A stretch of DNA of 58,465 nt from Candidatus Bathyarchaeota archaeon RBG_16_48_13. GTDB lineage: Archaea; Thermoproteota; Bathyarchaeia; RBG-16-48-13. A program made the translations under genes and the position numbers. Positions 9,474-18,051 of the stretch are shown piece after piece (positions within the stretch are counted from its first letter, which is position 1; each line of letters opens with the position of its first letter). The notes under the pieces were generated by a model, which made no database searches, was not told where the DNA came from, and saw nothing but the letters and a program-made list of their open reading frames with translations. The stretch covers positions 264,806 through 323,270 of the forward strand of contig MEZH01000007.1 of assembly GCA_001775995.1 (NCBI GenBank), in the 5' to 3' direction.

Positions 9474-10583
9474 TCAGGTCTCAATCTGGTCGAGATTGAC
9501 ATCCAAATTTATCCTTTGATCGAACTCAAGGTCGGGTTCAAGGTTATAGAGGTCTACCGGAATGCCAGTGTATCCGGTATAGACATATGGTGAGTCTATC
9601 CCAGTTAAGACCAAGGTTACCTTCATAGAGTCCTCCAGCCTTTCGTCTATCCTTGCGCCCCAAATGACCAGGGCCTCTTCATCAAGTCGTTCGGTGACTA
9701 TTTCAGCAACCTGGGATGCCTCGGCAAGGGTCATTGAGTCGTTTCCGCTCACATGAATCAAAGCGCCGTGCGCCCCGTCATAACTTACGTCGAGGAGCGG
9801 ACATTGAAGGGCATTCCTCACAGCTTCTTCAGCCCTATTAGGGGAATCTGACTCGCCAATGCCCACAAGGGCCAGGCCACCTCTCTTTATGATCGTCCGA
9901 AAGTCCGCGAAGTCGAGATTTATCAAGCTCGGCATTGAGATAATGTTGGTAATTCCGCCTACCATATTGGATAGTATACTATCGGCAACTTTGAAAGCCT
10001 CGCTCAAAGGCAGCTGAGGAACCAACTCCATCAATTTATTGTTGTCAATGACCACAACTGTGTCGCAAAAGCGCCTCATCTCGCTGAGACCTTGGGCGGC
10101 GATGGTGAGCCTGGCCCTTTCGTGGATAAATGGCATAGTCACAACCCCAATGACTATTGAGCCCTTCTCGCGACTGATTTCAGCTATCACAGGAGCGGCT
10201 GCGGTGCCTGTACCTCCTCCCATGCCAGCAGCTATGAATGTCACGTCAACATTGTGAAGTAATGTATTGATTTTTTGCCTAGATTCTTCGATGGCAATTC
10301 TGCCGACCGAGGGATCAGCGCCCGCCCCCAGCCCTCGAGTGGTCTTTTCTCCGATGAGTAGCTTATGGTGAGCGTGAATCGCATCCAGATGTTGTCTATC
10401 GGTGTTTATCGCAACGCACTCAGCACCAATTATTCCGGTCTCCATGAGTCGATTTACAGTGTTGTTCCCTGCGCCACCGACGCCCAAGACCATAATCTTG
10501 GCGAAACCAGGTTCTCTCAGCCCTTCTTTGACGGCCTCGTGCCAAGTGTGTTGAAAAGCTTTGTCGACCAGGTTTCGATTCAT
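9474..10583 (-). CDS. ftsZ: Cell division GTPase FtsZ (probably FtsZ2-type)
   Basis: GVGGAGNN, GAGADP, GMGGGTGT, INLDFAD T7 loop. Confidence 0.97.
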   Translation of the reverse strand: MNRNLVDKAFQHTWHEAVKEGLREPGFAKIMVLGVGGAGNNTVNRLMETGIIGAECVAINTDRQHLDAIHAHHKLLIGEKTTRGLGAGADPSVGRIAIEESRQKINTLLHNVDVTFIAAGMGGGTGTAAAPVIAEISREKGSIVIGVVTMPFIHERARLTIAAQGLSEMRRFCDTVVVIDNNKLMELVPQLPLSEAFKVADSILSNMVGGITNIISMPSLINLDFADFRTIIKRGGLALVGIGESDSPNRAEEAVRNALQCPLLDVSYDGAHGALIHVSGNDSMTLAEASQVAEIVTERLDEEALVIWGARIDERLEDSMKVTLVLTGIDSPYVYTGYTGIPVDLYNLEPDLEFDQRINLDVNLDQIET

Positions 10584-10597
10584 GTCCTTACCCCTGT

Positions 10598-10735
10598 TTA
10601 CCCCAAAGTTCGCTCGCCAATGTCTCTCACGGCGAGACGTATCGCTTCAGCTCGGTTAGGATAAGAGCTTTGATCTATTAGTTCATCGAGGCCTTGAAGG
10701 TAAGCCTCGGGAATGTGTAAAGTGATTATCTTCAA
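10598..10735 (-). CDS. 45-aa ribbon-helix-helix protein, CdrS-like (absent from the ORF track)
   Basis: TTG start; MKIITLHIPEAYLQGLDELIDQSSYPNRAEAIRLAVRD; ends 14 nt before the ftsZ start. Confidence 0.8.
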   Translation of the reverse strand: MKIITLHIPEAYLQGLDELIDQSSYPNRAEAIRLAVRDIGERTLG

Positions 10736-10971
10736 AGAAAGCTCCTACGAATGAAGTAATAAGAACTAGTCTGTTTGAGGAATTATGCTCTGCGTATTTA
10801 AATAGTATTACGATTTAAATACCTTCGTGCCAATGCTATATAAAGCTAATTCATCAAAATGATCATGCCTTTAATCGTTTCCTGTGTAAAGCAGCCCCTT
10901 GCAGCCCTTGATATGTCTATATTCACCTACAAAAGTTTCAAAAAACGTAAATATTGTTCTAGACAAGTCAA

Positions 10972-12276
10972 TCACTCGAAATGCGCTAGAACGCCATTCA
11001 AATACGAAGAATGATGACCAGTGACCCGCACAACTGCCATCTTTCCCAATAAATCCTCATTGGTTTTGATCACTATTGGCTTGTAGGCGAAGTTTCTGGC
11101 TATCAAAGAATTGGATTGCCTTCTCTCATCAACGATGACCTCACCATTCCATCCCACCCATTCCATATTTCGGCCAGTTGAGATTTCAACAGAAAGTCTC
11201 GAAAGGGTTCGACCCCGATCATTTATCACGGAGAGAGGCAATTGAGCGAGTTCACTGGCAGTGGTCCCAGGCCGAGGGAAGAAACGAGAGACATTAATGA
11301 CGTCTGGTTTTACATTCCTGAGAAGGGACAGCGAGTTCTTGAAGGCGGCATCCGTCTCAGTTGGGAAGCCGTATATGAAGTCAGTGGCCAGAGTGAATTG
11401 ACTTATCCTCTCCTTGATGTCGGCGACAATCTCTCGAATGGCCTTCGATGTGTATTGTCTGTTCATATCCTTCAAAACCGTGTCGTCTCCGCTCTGAACA
11501 GGCAAATGCAAGAACCTGAAGAACCTCCTGCTCCTGAAGATATTCGTTAGCTCAGGTAGAATAGGCATTACGTTTGCCGGGTTCATCATCCCCAAACGGA
11601 CAAGAAATTCGCCGTCTATTTCGTCTATGTTAAGCAATAGCTCAACTAGGTCAGTATCTATGTCTCTCCCGTAACAGGCTAGATCCTGCGCAGTGAGCCA
11701 TATTTCACGAAATCCGCTCTTGATTGCATCTTTTACCGAGTCAACAATCTCTTCGATCGTATAGCTCCTCAAGTGGCCACGGGCGAAACGGACGCAGCAA
11801 TATGTGCAGGTTCCGAGGCAGCCGTAGCACACTGGCATGATCTTGACGACTCTGGATGAGTCACCGTGTGGAAGTGTGAGTGAGGGCTTCTGATCGTTAT
11901 ACAGAAGGGTAGATTTCTCCCCCTTGATGACGCTGTCAACGACATTCACTACTATCCGCCCAGGCGAAGGACCAGTCAAGCCGTGCCATTGGACCTCCTT
12001 GCTCAGCCTCTTCAGATTTATGAGGGGCAAGCAGCCTGTTATGATCAATCTCTTGTGTTTTGGGACGTTTTTCAGGGCACTGATAACCTTGTTCTCAGTT
12101 TGGGTTTTCACAGCACAAGTATTATAGATGAGAATGCTAGCTTCCTCTTCGTTAGGAACGATCTGGTAGCCACTCTTTGACAAGCAACCACTAATTGTTT
12201 CTCCGTCCGCGATGTTTGCGGCACAGCCATAGTTTCGGATGTATATCTTGGCAGGATTCTCTTGTTCTGAGACCAT
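10972..12276 (-). CDS. mtaB: tRNA t6A37 methylthiotransferase (MtaB/e-MtaB, MiaB-like radical SAM with TRAM domain)
   Basis: YGCAAN and NTCAV UPF0004 motifs; GCLGTCTYC CxxxCxxC; HLPVQSG; C-terminal TRAM. Confidence 0.88.
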   Translation of the reverse strand: MVSEQENPAKIYIRNYGCAANIADGETISGCLSKSGYQIVPNEEEASILIYNTCAVKTQTENKVISALKNVPKHKRLIITGCLPLINLKRLSKEVQWHGLTGPSPGRIVVNVVDSVIKGEKSTLLYNDQKPSLTLPHGDSSRVVKIMPVCYGCLGTCTYCCVRFARGHLRSYTIEEIVDSVKDAIKSGFREIWLTAQDLACYGRDIDTDLVELLLNIDEIDGEFLVRLGMMNPANVMPILPELTNIFRSRRFFRFLHLPVQSGDDTVLKDMNRQYTSKAIREIVADIKERISQFTLATDFIYGFPTETDAAFKNSLSLLRNVKPDVINVSRFFPRPGTTASELAQLPLSVINDRGRTLSRLSVEISTGRNMEWVGWNGEVIVDERRQSNSLIARNFAYKPIVIKTNEDLLGKMAVVRVTGHHSSYLNGVLAHFE

Positions 12277-12294
12277 TTCGTATCAGCTGGGTTC

Positions 12295-12594
12295 CTAAGC
12301 CGTAAATCCGCCCTCGATCGGCGGAATTATGGCTAGGACCGAGTTCTGAGAGAGCTTGGTCTTCTGGCCAGAAATCGTGAAGATGTTTCGTCCGTCGACT
12401 AAGAATTGGAGACCCGACGATAATTGCTTGCCATCCTTCTCATACACGTATTCTTCAAAGGCTTTGCCGTACTCTTCTCTGAGTTTGTCCAGGACCTCTT
12501 CGACCATGGTCTCTTCTCCAATCTCGATGGTTCGCTCCCTCGTCCCCGTGATCTCTCTCAGTGTTGTGAAGAACTTTACTGTTACATTAATCAT
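12295..12594 (-). CDS. MoaD/ThiS/SAMP ubiquitin-like protein with a C-terminal extension after GG
   Basis: VTVKFFTTLREITG...LVDGRNI...IIPPIEGG-FTA-stop. Confidence 0.88.
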   Translation of the reverse strand: MINVTVKFFTTLREITGTRERTIEIGEETMVEEVLDKLREEYGKAFEEYVYEKDGKQLSSGLQFLVDGRNIFTISGQKTKLSQNSVLAIIPPIEGGFTA

Positions 12595-12662
12595 ATTTTA
12601 TCCTCCTCGCGATTGGGGTTGAGTGGATTCAGACTGAATCAGCCTTGCCATAAAGGGGGAGG

Positions 12663-14195
12663 TCAGGGGTTGCTCTTCTGCTGTTTGTACATCTTCCAGC
12701 TAAGAGCCATAGTCTTGGGGTGGGCTGCTTTGACCTCATCAATCTTGGTGACCGTGGTGTTATGGGGCGAGGACATGACCGTCTGAGGAGTGTTGTAGGC
12801 TTCTTCTGAGATTTGTTTCATGGCGTCGATGAACCTGTCCATCTCTTCCTTGGTTTCGGTGTCGGTCGGTTCTATCATTAGGGCTTCGTCAACTATCTGA
12901 GGGAAGTAGTTCGTCGGAGGATGCATGCCGCTATCCAGTAGTCGTTTCGCAACGTTTAGAGCTCTGACACCCGTGTCGCTGGCCATAGGGGTGGCGCTGA
13001 AGACGCATTCGTGTTTCCTTGGTTTACCTGGGTCATATGGCAATGCATATCCTCGAACCCCCAACAATTTCTTGGCTATGTAGTTGGCATTCAGGGTAGC
13101 AATCTCGGATGTCTCTTCTAGGCCTTCAGAACCCAAGCTCAGGATGTACGCAAAGGACCTCAGGAACACGCCGAAGTTTCCATAATACCCCTTCACCTTG
13201 CCTATGCTTTCCGGTCGGTCGTAGTCGAGGCAATATTCTCCTGCTCTGTAGTCAACCACTGGTATCGGAAGGAATCGATCTAGGGCCCTGCAAACACCTA
13301 CTGGTCCTGAGCCGGGTCCTCCTCCCCCGTGTGGGGTGGAGAACGTCTTGTGAAGGTTGAGGTGAACCACGTCGAACCCCATGTCACCAGGTCTGACCTT
13401 GCCCAAGATGGCGTTGAGGTTGGCACCGTCGTAGTAGAGGAGACCACCTGCTTCATGAACCACTTTTGCTATCTCCCGAATATCCTTCTCGAATATTCCC
13501 AAGGTGTTTGGGTTGGTCAACATTAAGCCCGCCGTCTTCTCCGAGACCACGCTCTTGAGCCCTTCCACATCGATGCACCCATCTTTGCCAGAAGGTAAGA
13601 CCACAATACTGAATCCAGCCATTGCTGCGCTTGCAGGGTTGGTCCCGTGAGCGGAGTCAGGTATGATCATCTCTGTTCTCTTGTCACCTTCCTTGTTGGC
13701 GCGATGGAATGCACGTATGATCAGAACACCTGTATATTCTCCGTGGGCTCCTGCGGCTGGTTGTAGGGTCACCCTGTAGGTTCCAGTGATGCTGGCCAGC
13801 CATTTGGAGAGTTTGTACATTATTTCCAGAGAGCCTTGGGCTGTGGACTCATCTTGATACGGGTGCATCATAGTAGCGGAGTCCAAAGAGACTATGGAAT
13901 CGTTTATTTTAGGATTGTACTTCATTGTACAGCTGCCTAGTGGGTAAATGCCCAAGTCTACACAATAGTTGGTTTGGGATAGGCGGATGTAGTGGCGGAC
14001 AACTTCTACCTCCGAGAGTTCCGGCAGGTTTAGCGATGATCTGAGGAGGGATGCAGGAACTAGGTTTGTGATATCCCCCAAATCCTTCTTTATCTCTTTC
14101 TCTGCCTCTGGAACTACGTGTCCTATTCTCCCTCTCCCGTTGTATTCGAAGAGTGAGGGCTCATTCCACCTAGCTTGTCTGAAGGTTGTTGACAT
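12663..14195 (-). CDS. gcvPB: Glycine dehydrogenase (decarboxylating) subunit 2
   Basis: LGSCTMKYNP, QPAAGAHGE, NLHKTFSTPHGGGGPG. Confidence 0.97.
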   Translation of the reverse strand: MSTTFRQARWNEPSLFEYNGRGRIGHVVPEAEKEIKKDLGDITNLVPASLLRSSLNLPELSEVEVVRHYIRLSQTNYCVDLGIYPLGSCTMKYNPKINDSIVSLDSATMMHPYQDESTAQGSLEIMYKLSKWLASITGTYRVTLQPAAGAHGEYTGVLIIRAFHRANKEGDKRTEMIIPDSAHGTNPASAAMAGFSIVVLPSGKDGCIDVEGLKSVVSEKTAGLMLTNPNTLGIFEKDIREIAKVVHEAGGLLYYDGANLNAILGKVRPGDMGFDVVHLNLHKTFSTPHGGGGPGSGPVGVCRALDRFLPIPVVDYRAGEYCLDYDRPESIGKVKGYYGNFGVFLRSFAYILSLGSEGLEETSEIATLNANYIAKKLLGVRGYALPYDPGKPRKHECVFSATPMASDTGVRALNVAKRLLDSGMHPPTNYFPQIVDEALMIEPTDTETKEEMDRFIDAMKQISEEAYNTPQTVMSSPHNTTVTKIDEVKAAHPKTMALSWKMYKQQKSNP

Positions 14196-14201
14196 CTTTC
14201 A

Positions 14202-15590
14202 TCACTCCATGGATAACGCAATCTGCTCAGCGAGCAAATCTATCTCGTCCTTCGAATGGATCTCGGTGACGCAGTAAAGAGCGCTCTCACCAAGCTCAGG
14301 GAATTCCTTCGCCAAGATCTTGCCGCCGTGAACTCCATTCTTCAGGAGGGACTTGTGGATGCTTGTAGCGGTCTTTCCCGGCTTTTCGTATCTTACAACG
14401 AATTCTTTGAAGTGTGACGATTTGAATAAGGGAGCCTTGACGCCCTTGATGCTGGATAGCTTCTTCATGGCGTAGTTGGACTTGTAGAGAATTGTCTCGC
14501 AGAGTTTTCTGAGACCCTTTGGACCCAAAAGAGCCATGTAGACTCCCGCGGCTACTGCGCACAGCGATTCGTTCGAGCAGATGTTAGATGTAGCTTTCTC
14601 TCTCCGTATGTGCTGTTCCCTTGTCGACAGCGTCATGCAGTATGCTGATTGAAGGCCATCTTGGGTAGTGGTCATCCCCACAATTCTGCCCGGCATCTGC
14701 CTTATGATGGCTCCATCGTTTCTGCACGCGAATATCCCCAGCAGTGGCCCCCCGAAACTCATCGGAAGGCCTAGCGGCTGACCTTCGCCTATGACCAGGT
14801 CAGCATCGTATTCACCGGGCGCTTTGAATATCCCTAAGGATATAGGATCGATGCCCACAACAAACTTGGCTTCTGCTTTATGTGCTATACCTGCTACCTT
14901 CTCAGCATTGTCAGCAATGTAGCCAAGGTATGATGGATTCTCGATATACACGCCTGCAGTGTTGCTTGAGATCTTGTTTTCCAAATCTACCAGATCAACT
15001 TGACCTGTCTGCTTGTCATTCTTAACCTGTACGATTTTCATGCCTACAGGCTCGATGTAGGTTTTGAGGGTCATATATCTCTCAGGGTGGATCCACTGCG
15101 GAACGATGAATTCGCTTCGTCTAGTTACCCTAGAGACAAGTTTAGCTGCTTCCCCGAGGGCTGAGGCCCAATCGTAAAGCGAACAGTTGCAGACTTCCAT
15201 ACTCGTAAGTTCTACCATGAGACTCTGGTACTCAAAAAGGGATTGGAGTATGCCCTGGGATATCTCAGGTTGATAAGGCGTGTATGAGGTGATCAGCTCA
15301 GTTCGGTTTACTATCTCATCCACAACGGCCGGGATATAGTGGGGCCATATACCTCCTCCAAGAAAGGTAGGCATCTCTTTGACCGTTCGATTCTTGTTTA
15401 GGATGCTCTCCGAAATCTTCTTGACCTCAAACTCCGAGTACGGTCCTTCTAGATCAAGCTTTTCCTTGTGGCGTATGTCTTTCGGAACGTCTGAATATAG
15501 GTCTTCTATGCTGTTAAGGCCCATTTCGCTCAGCATCTTCTGTTTGATTTCCTGAACGCTGTTGGGCAAGTATGGATGGGGATTGTTCAA
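14202..15590 (-). CDS. gcvPA: Glycine dehydrogenase (decarboxylating) subunit 1
   Basis: YTPYQPEISQG, GEGQPLG, REQHIRREKATSNIC. Confidence 0.97.
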   Translation of the reverse strand: MNNPHPYLPNSVQEIKQKMLSEMGLNSIEDLYSDVPKDIRHKEKLDLEGPYSEFEVKKISESILNKNRTVKEMPTFLGGGIWPHYIPAVVDEIVNRTELITSYTPYQPEISQGILQSLFEYQSLMVELTSMEVCNCSLYDWASALGEAAKLVSRVTRRSEFIVPQWIHPERYMTLKTYIEPVGMKIVQVKNDKQTGQVDLVDLENKISSNTAGVYIENPSYLGYIADNAEKVAGIAHKAEAKFVVGIDPISLGIFKAPGEYDADLVIGEGQPLGLPMSFGGPLLGIFACRNDGAIIRQMPGRIVGMTTTQDGLQSAYCMTLSTREQHIRREKATSNICSNESLCAVAAGVYMALLGPKGLRKLCETILYKSNYAMKKLSSIKGVKAPLFKSSHFKEFVVRYEKPGKTATSIHKSLLKNGVHGGKILAKEFPELGESALYCVTEIHSKDEIDLLAEQIALSME

Positions 15591-15709
15591 CTGGAAACCT
15601 CCAATTTGTTAATGGACAATCAACAACTTGTTCTTATGTTTATCCGAGGGAAATCATGGATGAAAGTCTTAAATTTGTTCGTCAATCATTCAGTTGGAAA
15701 GGGGAGATC

Positions 15710-16387
15710 ATGGCCCAAAAGATGCATTGCGAGTTCGTCAGCTGGGATGAAATTTACTCCATGTGCAAGGAACTCGCGAAGACGGTTGAGTGCTCCGGCT
15801 ACGAACCTAACACTTTGGTGGCCCTCGCGAGGAGCGGATTCATACCCGGAAGACTGCTTTCAGATTTCATGGGAATCACTGATCTAGTCAGCCTCAAGGT
15901 TGAGCATTGGCTTGACACGACCGGCCAACATAAGGACGAGGCAACAATCCCATATATGATACCGTTGAATTTGGATGGCAAACGTGTTCTGGTGGTGGAT
16001 GACATCGTCGACACAGGAAAGAGCATGGTCGTTTCCGTGGACTATATCAAGAGGTACAAACCCGCGGCGATAAAGACGGCCGTCATGCACTACATCAACT
16101 CGTCTATGCATAAGCCCGATTATTACGTTAGGTTCATTGCGGATTGGACTTGGTTTGTGTGGCCCTGGAATAGGGTCGAGGACCTGTGCAACCTTTTCCA
16201 GAGGCTCCTAAAAACGGATCTTAAGAGAGCTTGGAGCGCGAGAGACATAAGGGAAGGGATTATGAAGAGCTTTGACCTGACCGTCTCCAAAGAGCAAGTC
16301 AATGAAGTCCTCAACACTCTTTCTAGGAGAAACAAAGTCGAAAAGAAGATAGAGAACGACCGAGAACTCTGGATGATAAGAAGCTAG
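15710..16387 (+). CDS. Type I (purine) phosphoribosyltransferase with C-terminal winged helix
   Basis: LARSGFIP and VLVVDDIVDTGKS PRPP loop; ATG 15710 follows GGGGAG. Confidence 0.88.
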   Translation: MAQKMHCEFVSWDEIYSMCKELAKTVECSGYEPNTLVALARSGFIPGRLLSDFMGITDLVSLKVEHWLDTTGQHKDEATIPYMIPLNLDGKRVLVVDDIVDTGKSMVVSVDYIKRYKPAAIKTAVMHYINSSMHKPDYYVRFIADWTWFVWPWNRVEDLCNLFQRLLKTDLKRAWSARDIREGIMKSFDLTVSKEQVNEVLNTLSRRNKVEKKIENDRELWMIRS

Positions 16388-16401
16388 AGAGGATAGAAGT
16401 T

Positions 16402-17184
16402 ATGGATCAAGCGGAAATTGGGATTTTCGGCGGCAGCGGACTATATAGCCTCCTAGAGGACGCCAGAGAGGTCAAGGTAGACACCCCATTCGGGTCGCCT
16501 TCCGATAAGATCTCTTTGGGCAAGATAGAAGGCAGGAAGGTCGCTTTCCTGCCCAGACACGGCAAGAATCACCAACATCCCCCTCACATGATCCCCTACA
16601 GAGCGAACATGTGGGCTCTATCGAATCTGGGAATCACACGGATTCTCGGACCTTGCGCTGCTGGAAGCCTCCAACCCGAAATCAAGCCAGGAGATTTTGT
16701 CATATGCGATCAATTCGTCGACCGCACGAGTGGTAGAAAGGATACTTTCTACGACGGCCCCATGACGACCCATATCTCTTCCGCTGATCCGTATTGCCCG
16801 GAGCTAAGGGAAATGGCCCTGAGGGTGGGAGCTAAGCTAGGCTTGCAGGTCCATGAGAAGGGAACGGTAGTAGTGGTACAGGGGCCCAGATTCAGCACCC
16901 GCGCCGAGAGCCGCTGGTTCAAGAACATGGGATGGGAGGTCATCAATATGACGCAGTACCCTGAAGTGGTCTTGGCCAGAGAGCTGGAGATGTGCTACCT
17001 AAACATATCGTTGATCACTGATTACGATGTGTGGCAAGATAAGCCGGTCTCCCATGAAGAGGTCATGAAGGTATTCAACCAGAATCTGGAGAACATCCGA
17101 AGACTTTTGTTCAACCTCATCCCAAAGGTTCAGCAAGAGAGGCACTGCTCCTGCAACTCAGCCCTGAAGACGGCCCGAATCTGA
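16402..17184 (+). CDS. mtnP: S-methyl-5'-thioadenosine phosphorylase
   Basis: IFGGSG, FLPRHG, GPRFSTRAES, INMT.PE, TDYD. Confidence 0.93.
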   Translation: MDQAEIGIFGGSGLYSLLEDAREVKVDTPFGSPSDKISLGKIEGRKVAFLPRHGKNHQHPPHMIPYRANMWALSNLGITRILGPCAAGSLQPEIKPGDFVICDQFVDRTSGRKDTFYDGPMTTHISSADPYCPELREMALRVGAKLGLQVHEKGTVVVVQGPRFSTRAESRWFKNMGWEVINMTQYPEVVLARELEMCYLNISLITDYDVWQDKPVSHEEVMKVFNQNLENIRRLLFNLIPKVQQERHCSCNSALKTARI

Positions 17185-17196
17185 TTTCTTGAGGGG

Positions 17197-17976
17197 ATGA
17201 AAACACATATGAAGGACATTGAGGTTCACGCCACCGCAATCATTTCAAAGAGAACAAAGATTGAGGAAGGATGCAGAGTGGGTCCACATTGCAGGACGGA
17301 GGGAAAGGTTGAACTTCTGAATAACGTAACCATGGATTCGAATGTAATCATTAGAGGCCCCGCCAGAATAGGCAAGGGCAGCTACATCGGCCCAAACTCG
17401 ATAATAGGGTTTCCCCCAGAGAAGTCTCTGAAGAAGATGATCCACGGAGGCGCCCCCGAAGAGGAGATAGCGCAGGTCATCATCGGAGAGAACGTCCTGC
17501 TTCGATCCAACGACGTAATCTATTCGGGAGTCAAGATAGGCAATAATGTACGCTTCGGCCACAACGTGATGATTCGAGAGAATGTACAAGTCGGTGAGGA
17601 CTCTCTAGTAGGAACCGACACAATAGTCGATGGAGGGGTTGCGATAGGACGGAGAGTATCCATTCAAACGGGAGTCTACATATGCACGAATTCGGTCGTA
17701 GAGGACTCCGTCTTCCTAGGACCTAGATGTGTCTTCACCAACGACAAATACCCGATGCAGAAACGGACAGATCTCAAAGGACCAACCATAAAAAGGGATG
17801 CCAGCATAGGAGCGAACGCGACCATTCTTCCCGGCGTGATCATAGGAGAGGGAGCGGTGGTCGGCTCAGGCTCCGTCGTCACTTCCAGTGTAAAGCAGAG
17901 AATCGTGGTAGCAGGAGTTCCAGCCAAGAAGTTAAAAGATGTACCGCCAGACTGGCACAGCCTACTCAGAGAATAG
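17197..17976 (+). CDS. Left-handed beta-helix (hexapeptide) N-acetyltransferase, WbpD-like
   Basis: Hexapeptide repeats; FLGPRCVFTNDKYP; IGANATILPG; VAGVPA. Confidence 0.8.
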   Translation: MKTHMKDIEVHATAIISKRTKIEEGCRVGPHCRTEGKVELLNNVTMDSNVIIRGPARIGKGSYIGPNSIIGFPPEKSLKKMIHGGAPEEEIAQVIIGENVLLRSNDVIYSGVKIGNNVRFGHNVMIRENVQVGEDSLVGTDTIVDGGVAIGRRVSIQTGVYICTNSVVEDSVFLGPRCVFTNDKYPMQKRTDLKGPTIKRDASIGANATILPGVIIGEGAVVGSGSVVTSSVKQRIVVAGVPAKKLKDVPPDWHSLLRE

Positions 17977-18051
17977 AGTACTCATCAAAAGGTTTTATTG
18001 TAAGCTATATGATTAACGTATCTTCAAAATAGTCGTTAAGGGGAATCTCAA

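Noticed and set aside
15572-15709. Long N-terminal extension of the phosphoribosyltransferase
   Set aside because: Overlaps the divergent gcvPA start and promoter region; ATG 15710 has an SD and fits the family N-terminus.
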